NCBI GenBank assembly: GCA_024626585.2
Contig: JANKJI020000002.1
Coordinates: 226,087,184-226,107,970, forward strand
Reading direction: 5' to 3'
DNA: 20,787 nt
Origin: Ginkgo biloba
Taxonomy: Eukaryota; Plantae; Ginkgophyta
The translations under genes were made by a program, and so were the position numbers. A model generated the notes under the pieces. The model made no database searches. It was not told the DNA's origin and saw only the letters and a list, made by a program, of their open reading frames with translations. Of this stretch, positions 12,728 to 20,787 are shown piece by piece; position 1 is the first letter of the stretch; every line of letters begins with the position of its first letter.

Positions 12728-13230
12728 GTTTAGGAATTAGGAATATTAAGGACCAAGAAATATAATTAGCATCAAAATGGTTATTAAATGCAATGACAGG
12801 TAATCAGTCATGGAAAATACTAATCAAGAATAACATTTAATGGATGTCCTAAGAAAAATAAAAAGTTGAAAGGTCTAGGTCTTATTGAACTTGTAATCAA
12901 AGATTTTATAGTCTAGGTTGAGGGATCAACTATATTCAAATCACTTTGGAGAGCATGGGAAATTATGGAATCCAAGATTTCCTATAATATTTATCCATAT
13001 TTTTGTTTATTAGACAATAAACTATGGTGGGTAAATAATAAAGAAAAAAAAAAAACTAGCATAAAAAAGAGGATGCTGAGCTCTCTATTGGTATAATATG
13101 GGGATGAGATCCTTAAGTTGGGTAATAAATTCCAATTTATCCACATGGGATACTTGGAAGGAGTTACAATAGGAATTTAAAATGAAAGATTCGTACAAGA
13201 AAGTATATACAATGTTGATCACACTTCTAA
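12728..13230 (+). mobile_element. Degenerate LINE (L1-type) ORF2 fragment, region C-terminal to the RT domain
   Basis: LGIRNIKDQEI*LASKWLLNAMTGNQSWKILIKNNI ... GSTIFKSLWRAWE ... KLWW ... fits the plant L1 pattern GGLGI...LAxKW...W; stops and frameshifts are present. Confidence 0.8.
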
Positions 13231-13429
13231 ACTCTCTTTTTCTTAGCATGCCTACAATGGTTAATACATATGATGCATGGTCCTTTTTATTTTGGGAAGC
13301 TGAAAAACCTTTGTTTACCTTTACTTAAAAAACCATGTATAATATGCCTATTGGTCATATTGATTTTGTATAAAAATAAAATAAATACAACGCCTTTCGC
13401 TTTCCCTGCTTGAACAATAATTACAAGGT

Positions 13430-13631
13430 CGATGCACCTGCAAGTCAAAGTCTCGGGGACGGTTGTTCTCGTCACTTATTCCCAGATATGCCACTTGCAT
13501 TAGTAAACTCTTTTGCCCTATGAGAAAATGTATTTACTGTGCTTTTCTGATCTATTTATTGGCAACCACGACTCGTCTTTGGAAACCTACAATTGCAAAT
13601 CCATACGAATTCATTGCATCGTGCAGCAGCA
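13430..13631 (+). promoter_or_regulatory. Probable proximal promoter and 5' UTR of the 2OGD gene
   Basis: TATA-like TATTTAT at 13553-13559; W-box (TTGACT on the minus strand) at 13443-13448; E-boxes CACCTG at 13435-13440 and CACTTG at 13492-13497; CpGs are retained from about 13390. Motifs this short also arise by chance. Confidence 0.45.
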
Positions 13632-13901
13632 ATGGCGTCTACTCTAGTCCACGTAACAGCAGCTTCTGCTCATCAGAAAGCGGATGAATACCCTGCTCAT
13701 TACAAAGGAGTGCAAGATCTGGTGGATGAAGGCATTGACAGCCTCCCTCAGATTTATGTCAGACCTCCAGATGACCGCCCTGTTGATGACTCTCTTGAAG
13801 ACCAACTCCCCTTGATAGACGTCTCTCTCCTCAATGGTGAACGCCGATCTGCTGTTGTGCAGGCCATAGGCCACGCATGCCAAGAATGGGGCTTCTTCCT
13901 C
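13632..13901 (+). CDS. 2OGD exon 1 (aa 1-90, MASTLV...WGFFL)
   Basis: ATG at 13632; donor CTC|GTAATT at 13901/13902; a T-rich intron follows. Confidence 0.92.
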
Positions 13902-15037
13902 GTAATTCTTACTTCCCTCACTTCATTATTACTTGGCCTTTCCTTTCCTTTCTTTCTTTTTTTTTTTTTTTAAATAAATTAATTAGTATTCTAATTTTTT
14001 TTTCTTCTAACTGAAAACAGGTGAAGAACCATGGCGTTTCGACGGCCACCATGGAAGCAGAGATGCGAGTGGGTCGCGAGTTCTTCCATCTTCCCTCGGA
14101 AGAGAAAATGCGTTACTTCTCACTCAAGTCTGAGTCTCCGTTGCGCTATGGCACCAGCTTTAACGCCAAAGAAGACGATGTCTTCATCTGGAGAGATTAC
14201 CTCCGCTATTCATTCCATGATTTGCAAGAAATTGCGCCATTTTGGCCTGACAAGCCCAAAGATTTCAGGTACGTCTTACGGTATTTAAAAATAAAGGGAA
14301 ATATAATTGTAATTTATGTTTGTAATTTATAATGGTAATTTATAATTACAGGGAGGTTAACGAGGAATTCTGTAAGCAAATAAAGGAGCTTGGGAGCAAA
14401 CTTCTGGGGGCAATATCAGAGAGCTTGGGACTTGGTAGCGACTACATAGACAAGGCGTTTGGTGAATACTATCAGTACGCTGGATACAATTTCTACCCTC
14501 CCTGTCCGAGTCCGGATCTAACTCTTGGAACTCCAAGCCACACCGACATATCAGGTGTTACCATTTTAATGCAGAACGAGGTGCCAGGCCTCCAAGTGTT
14601 GCACAACGATCGTTGGGTTACGGTGCAATCCATACCTAATACACTTGTAATAAATCTTGGAGACATGCTGCAGGTAAACTCAACTCATCATCTTATGTTA
14701 ATTTCCTGAAATAATTATGTGATAATCTTAGATCTAACCAATGATCTGTTTCTCGTAATATGTATTTGTTTTTGCTGTGTGAGAGCAGGTTCTAACGAAC
14801 GGCAAGTACAAAAGCGCAGAGCATCGGGCAGTTGTGAATGGGAACCAGGAGCGCATATCAGTGCCAACCGCTTACGGTCCATCGATGGAGAGTTTTATTG
14901 CTCCTGCCCCGGAGCTCCTCGACTCTTCTCATCCTGCCATTTACAAGGGCTGTTTATTTGGAGATTACGTGGCAGCTGTTCGTAAGGGTTTTTCCAAACG
15001 GAAGGGCCTTCTCGATTCCCTCAAAATAAGCAATTGA
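13632..15037 (+). CDS. Fe(II)/2-oxoglutarate-dependent dioxygenase (DOXC class; DMR6/DLO-like to DOXC37-like), 4 exons, join(13632..13901,14021..14268,14352..14673,14789..15037), 1089 nt, 362 aa
   Basis: Four ORF-track fragments splice into one open frame through GT-AG introns 13902-14020, 14269-14351 and 14674-14788 (phases 0, 2, 0). DIOX_N motifs: LPLIDVS, ACQEWGFFLVKNHGV, REFFHLPSEEK. Other motifs: WRDYLR, NFYPPCP, HTD (H236 at 14539, D238 at 14545), distal H292 (14822), RxS (R302 at 14852, S304 at 14858). ATG lies in a good plant context (gcaATGGC). No internal stops. Confidence 0.96.
14021..14268 (+). CDS. 2OGD exon 2 (248 nt, VKNHGV...KPKDF-R)
   Basis: Acceptor aaacag|GTG preceded by a T tract; donor AG|GTACGT; completes the GFFxVxNHG motif. 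Confidence 0.95.
14352..14673 (+). CDS. 2OGD exon 3 (322 nt, contains NFYPPCP and HTD)
   Basis: Acceptor tacag|G; donor CAG|GTAAAC; the frame fits the phase-2 end of exon 2. Confidence 0.95.
14789..15037 (+). CDS. 2OGD exon 4 (VLTNGKYKSAEHRAVVN...RIS...KISN*)
   Basis: Acceptor gcag|GTT restores the family motif GDxLQVxxNGxYKSxxHRAVVN; TGA at 15035-15037. Confidence 0.95.
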   Translation, partial: VLTNGKYKSAEHRAVVNGNQERISVPTAYGPSMESFIAPAPELLDSSHPAIYKGCLFGDYVAAVRKGFSKRKGLLDSLKISN

Positions 15038-15870
15038 TGATGAAGCAATCTGAAATCACTATAATAGTAGTTTGAAAGCGTGCTGAATAAGTCTCAGGAT
15101 AAATACATTACTCTTTTATGAGACATTTTGAACTTTCCGTGTGAGCTTTTTCGCAAGCACAGACATTCGGTTGTTCTTATCTATATTATGTGGTTTCGGA
15201 GTAAATTTATGAGTATTTGTATTTAATTTGTGATAGAAATATGGCAAATTGTTTCGTTTTATTTATCAAAAAAAAATGTCCATTTTTATTTTCTATGTAA
15301 AATTAGTTCGATGAATAGAGGAGGTGGAAAGAAGAAATTAAAGATACTGGTGATGTTGTTGATAGAACTGCATGGCATATGTTTTGTCATACGTTACCAC
15401 CAAAGACCTGTTTATTAGCGTCGTTTATATTTCACATTCCATGATTTTGAAAACGATAATCAATAAGAGGAATGTTCAGTCCCAGTGGGAACCATGCTTG
15501 CTAGAGCGCTGTGTACAAATGGCAACATATACACACGCAATATTGATATTAATTATCACCTTCTGGNNNNNNNNNNTGCTGCTGTCGGAATGTGTTGGTA
15601 TGGATTCTCCATTATGTAATAACAAGGGGTTGTTTATCGACTATTTTAGTGCTTACCATTGCTTTATTCATGGCAAATAATTGCCCCTTTCATATGAACA
15701 AAGCTCTTCATAATAAATGACTACAATAATTCCTAGGTGTCATAGGCCATGCTATCGCAATTACAATATTGAAGATCTTATGTCACTTTAAGCGACCGAA
15801 TGAATGGAAAGAGAAGGTTATGGAAGGTCTATTCAACAATTTTTTTGGGGGGATTATCTTTGGCAAATAA

Positions 15871-16010
15871 ATTCTCTCTCTCTTCTTGTTTCCATCACAA
15901 ATTCCATCTCTCATCTTTGTCCCCTCTGTGTCTTATCTTTTGTCTTCTCTCTTCTTGTTTCCTTCTCTCTTATCTTTGATCTTGTTATTGTCTTATTCCC
16001 ATCATCCATC
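15871..16010 (+). repeat. Pyrimidine-rich (CT) low-complexity tract
   Basis: Mostly C and T, with ctctcttcttgtttcc present twice; this accounts for the hydrophobic ORF 15804-16028. Confidence 0.7.
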
Positions 16011-17215
16011 ATTATAAAGTTCAATTAGAGAAGAAAAACATTCAAAACTCAATTTTTATTTAAAATTCAAATGTGAAAATCTTATGCAAGCTAGAATTTT
16101 TTTTAAGCATTTACTTGTCACAAATGGCATTTATTATTTAATATTATTTACTTTTGAAATGAGATAATGATGGTTAATCAAACATGCCTATTCTTTAAGT
16201 ATATAGTATAGATAAAAAAACACGTTAACTAAGAATGTCACACATGCATGCATACTTATATACATATATTAATAATAATTAATAATAACCACNNNNNNNN
16301 NNNNNNNNNNNNNNNNNNNNNNNNNNNNNNNNNNNNNNNNNNNNNNNNNNNNNNNNNNNNNNNNNNNNNNNNNNNNNNNNNNNNNNNNNNNNCATAGCCA
16401 TATGTGCTATGCACCACTCCACTGTACATCATGTGCATAAGTGAGTCTAGGCCCATTGCATAGTAATTTCTACTAATGTAAAGCATGATTTATGCATGCA
16501 CCTACTCCATTATGCTATCCTTTCCCATGACCACTCTAAAAAAATATCCATGTCATGGGAACACTAATTTTCCTATTCCATTGATAAAGCCAATAAAAAG
16601 AATGCACAAATTTAAACTAACCTACACATCCATATGACCATACCCAATGCTCATTGTAATGGACTCCTCTCTCCTATAAGTATCGATGGCACATATGGAA
16701 GCAATGTTGCATAAATAAACTATCATACTTGTTATCATCACTAACATAGAAATACATATCTTTAATGATATATTGATCATTAAGGGTGCTCTAAACTCTA
16801 TCAATCTCCAACATCATATGCCTATATGTGACATGTACTAAGATGGAAACTGTTGACTCTAATGTTTTCATACTTGTCTATGTTGAGCCACACCATGAGT
16901 GGACTATAATTTTTGAATTGGGTATATGGAAAAACAGAAGCCAGGTCTCCCATTTTGGTTTGTAATAGGTTGCCACAGAGGTAAAAATGGATTCGGGGGG
17001 GACTCTTTAAGTTTTCCTTTAAATATTGAAGTTTTCTGTAGCATTTCATCATGATCACAAGGATTATTAGAGGCCACAGTGGTCAAAAAATTTGTAGGGG
17101 GTTCCATACATATTGTCATGCATAGGGGGCATCATGGGTTCCTTTTCCCGTGCCCTACAAAAAGAACTAAGTGTAAAATTGACTAAGTATGGCCGCGAGG
17201 GGATCCCCCCCTCGT

Positions 17216-18103
17216 GATGGAACCATGTGGCACCATCATAATACCCCTATGGCCCACCCAAAATAAATTCAAAAAGTGAAATGTTCAAAGGGGCCATAGG
17301 GGGATCATCCCCCATAATGGTGCCATGTTGTGCCATCGTGGGGCCCCCGTGCCCTATCCCATTCTAAAGTGNNNNNNNNNNNNNNNNNNNNNNNNNNNNN
17401 NNNNNNNNNNNNNNNNNNNNNNNNNNNNNNNNNNNNNNNNNNNNNNNNNNNNNNNNNNNNNNNNNNNNNNNNNNNNNNNNNNNNNNNNNNNNNNNNNNNN
17501 NNNNNNGTGGCATGTGCTCTAATTAACGAAGGAGGGGAGGCCCCTCCCCCTCATGAGGGAGCAAATCCCTCAGATCCCACCATGTGGCAAGATGTTGGGT
17601 CCCCACCTCTCATGAGGGAAAGGGCCTTCCCAAATGAACATTTAAACTATGGGGTGTCATTTCCCTTGATGGTGCCACGTGGCATCATCGTGGCATCCCT
17701 ATAATCCAATCCCCAAGTGGAAGGAGAAAGGGAAGCCTCTCCCCCCATGGGAAGTGAGTCCCTAAGATCTTACCACATGGAGAGATCTCATGGCCTTTCC
17801 CCTCGTAGGTGGGAGGGACCTCCTAGATAAAAATAAAGGGGGTATGAGGGCTCATCCCCCGTGATGATGCCATGTGGTATTATCACAAGTTCCTCGTGCC
17901 CCACACCCATAACAAATAGTTTTTGGGGCCCCGCATTCCCATTTTAATTTTTTTTTAAAAGGGGACACGATGGCTCTATGTGGTGCCATCGCATGGCCCT
18001 CATAGCCTACAATTATAAATAAAGGGGAATTGGGGCCTCGCGGCCCCAATTCAAAAGAATTTTTTTCTAAAAGGGGAACACAATGGTGCCATGTGACACC
18101 ATT
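17216..18103. repeat. GC-rich array B of ~100-bp-spaced 22-bp palindromes (GATGGTGCCACGTGGCACCATC and GATCTTGCCACGTGGCAAGATC consensus types)
   Basis: Cores at 17216, 17316, then the gap 17372-17506, then 17573, 17668, 17766, 17863, 17969 and 18082. The spacers contain additional inverted repeats. Confidence 0.8.
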
Positions 18104-20787
18104 GCACAACCCCTCCCCATGACCCCCCTATACACAATAGAGAACAAATAGAAGGATCCCACTGACTCGACCTTGTGAAGGACTGGTATTCCATCTCNNN
18201 NNNNNNNNNNNNNNNNNNNNNNNNNNNNNNNNNNNNNNNNNNNNNNNNNNNNNNNNNNNNNNNNNNNNNNNNNNNNNNNNNNNNNNNNNNNNNNNNNCAG
18301 CGTATTATAAATTTTTAATTAAGGATAAATTTCTTCCAAAAACTAATATTAATTAGAGATTCATCAATGTTAATATGATTTTGTGGTCTTCCTCAAGCAT
18401 CCAATAATTGAATAACGCCTTTTACCAACTTTTGAAGCCATATTTGGATGTATCTAGTTCACTCTTTTCTATATTATTGTTCAATGATCTATGAAATTAT
18501 AAAATATCATGTAATAATATTTATTATACAAACCAAAAATATCTAATCTTGTACCATCAAGGTCCCTAACATTTCCACCAACATTATCAAGAGGCTACCA
18601 TAAAAATACAATCCCCTTATCATCAAGGATGTAAGTATTTATAGAATAAATGTATATTCTAATAATCAAGTATAAAATTTACAGTATCACCTAATTTATA
18701 TGTAAAAAGGTAAATTTAGCTCAAAAGTTAAAATATTTCTCCTAAATTTGACTTCAAGTTGGGGTTTTCTTAAAATTAACAAAAAATGACTTTGGATAAA
18801 AAAATGGATCATAAAGTTTCTTCATTTCACTCCTTTTATGTAATTCAGGTAACCTATTTCTAGAGAAATTAAATTCCATAGAAGTCCCATTATATAATAT
18901 ACAATCACCAAAATAAATCTAATTTTTTATAGGTTATGATATAGACCCTAATAGGAGGAAATTTAATGGCGGTTGGAGGTGAGTCAAGTTATATTTGAAT
19001 AAATATTAAATAACCTAATAATATTGGGATATCATTTCAACTTGATTTAGTTTAACTAAGCATCAGGATTCTACTTTTATGACAATACAAAGAAACTCTA
19101 AGATAAATTAGTATTTTTATTCTTTGAATACAAGGCAAATCCAATTTATTTGTGTATAAAAACTCTAGATTACTTGTATTTATGTTAAAAATTAATTAAT
19201 GTGATAGTTTATGTAGATTTGTTTCTCGTTTATTTGTATTTTCTTATTTTTGAATCCCTTAATATTTCTTATTTTGCATTCAAATGTTATATGAAATCAT
19301 AGTTTACCCTATGAAAGAAGACATATANNNNNNNNNNNNNNNNNNNNNNNNNNNNNNNNNNNNNNNNNNNNNNNNNNNNNNNNNNNNNNNNNNNNNNNNN
19401 NNNNNNNNNNNNNNNNNNNNNNNNNNNNNNNNNNNNNNNNNNNNNNNNATAGTATAGATTAAAGAGTTTCTTTCTAATACATTAATACTATTAGATAATA
19501 GTTAAAGCATATATCTTATTAGTTTCATAGTATATTTTCCTAAGTGTGGAAAAAATATATAATTAGCATATTGATGGGCCACCAGATATTTAAGTTTAGA
19601 GTAAGTTTAGTTTTTTGTTAAATCAAATTGCATGTTCTTGAATCATTTTTGTTAGTATGATGGTTATATGGAGTGTTGATGGAGATGTCACAAATTTTAG
19701 TTGCTTTGAAACATCATATTTTTTACTTTAAAAAGGGATTTTAATAATAAAACATTGGTTCTTTAGTATGTGATCTATGGATTTCATAACTAAGTGTAAT
19801 TTATATTTTATAAATCATTTTAAAAATAATAAAATCATAATATGACATGTATATTATAACAAGTCTTAGTGGGGCAAGTAGAAATTGATGGAAGTTATCT
19901 CATAACATGCTACTTTGACCTTAGACACCATATTAGGGTGAGAATGAACAAAATTTTAGAAAAACAACCTTTAAGAGGTTATTGAACCAAAACTAAAGAT
20001 AAAANNNNNNNNNNNNNNNNNNNNNNNNNNNNNNNNNNNNNNNNNNNNNNNNNNNNNNNNNNNNNNTTTTAATCATTTAAGTAAAAAAAAAAAATAAAAT
20101 CAATAACAACAAGTACACATATAACTTTTTATTCTAAGTATGCATTGAAATATTATAAGATGATAATCATTTGTCATAGTTGTATATTACTATGTATATG
20201 TCTACACACACACATATGTACATAGTATTATTTTGTTAAAAATTTAGCAAAAAAATTTCATATTATCTTCATCGAATTAATAATAGTTAGTATTGAATTA
20301 AACATAATTAGTCTTGAGATAATAGTAATTTATTATGATTCAAATACTTATATTATTATTTTTTATTTGTATTAATAACTATTTTATTATTAGCATTTAT
20401 AGTATATTTATTTTCGATTGGTTTATATTTAAGCTATATGGATGAATTACTTAAAGGCTTATTTTTAATATAATTACTGTGTGCATTTCCTCTTATATAT
20501 TAAAGTAAGAATCCCATACATTTGTCAACTTGACTTCCATATAAACCTCTTTGATAGTATACCTTCGTGTTTACTTTGATTACCTATATGATTTTTCATC
20601 CACGCCAATGTCATATTTGATTAACTCTAAGGTGGAGGAGCCATATTAATCCATAATCTCCATGATGGTGGACCTTTATTGATCCATAATATATATGATG
20701 GTATTCAAACATGGGCCACTATAGAGGTAATAAAAAAATAAATAATTCCACCATTATAGAAATAATTGGTCAATATGTAGGTCTAAT

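Noticed and set aside
13593-13631. N-terminal extension of ORF 13593-13973
   Set aside because: It starts at TTG in the ORF track; the ATG at 13632 has good context and gives a normal 2OGD length.
13644-15029. Overlapping alternative-frame and antisense ORFs (13644-13883, 14031-14288, 14719-14985, 14838-15029)
   Set aside because: Shadow frames of GC-richer exons with no recognisable motifs.
13632-15037. Assigning a gene symbol such as DMR6, DLO, S3H, F3H, FNS or a taxane hydroxylase name
   Set aside because: The family is clear but orthology is not. Clade signatures are mixed, pocket residues differ, and no search was possible.
17216-18103. CRISPR array (spaced palindromic repeats)
   Set aside because: The context is eukaryotic with spliceosomal introns and no cas genes. 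The repeats are degenerate and the ~75-90 bp spacers partly resemble each other.
18500-18620. Possible LINE RNase H remnant on the minus strand (W*PL...GGNVRDLDG)
   Set aside because: The catalytic NxDG segment is missing, so the evidence is too thin.
1-20787. Biosynthetic gene cluster within the window
   Set aside because: Only one host gene is present, so clustering cannot be judged at this scale.

Overview
Eukaryotic, AT-rich, CpG-depleted plant DNA with many N gaps. A gymnosperm source is inferred from the retroelement types. The only intact gene is a compact 4-exon Fe(II)/2-oxoglutarate-dependent dioxygenase (2OGD/2-ODD, DOXC class) at join(13632..13901,14021..14268,14352..14673,14789..15037), + strand, 362 aa. 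It keeps all iron and 2OG ligands (H236, D238, H292, R302, S304) and resembles the DMR6/DLO and neighbouring DOXC37-type enzymes. Several substrate-pocket positions differ, notably RxSxxxF becoming RISVPTA, which makes it a candidate specialised-metabolism oxidase (for example taxane tailoring, if the host is Taxus). The rest of the window is decayed transposon sequence: Ty3/Gypsy gag, a Met-tRNA PBS, integrase, a Tat-type archaeal RNase H segment, a LINE ORF2 fragment just upstream of the gene, an inverted pair of ~750-bp repeat copies, and two ~100-bp-period arrays of 22-bp palindromes centred on CCACGTGG. All family assignments are by eye and recall; no database search was run.
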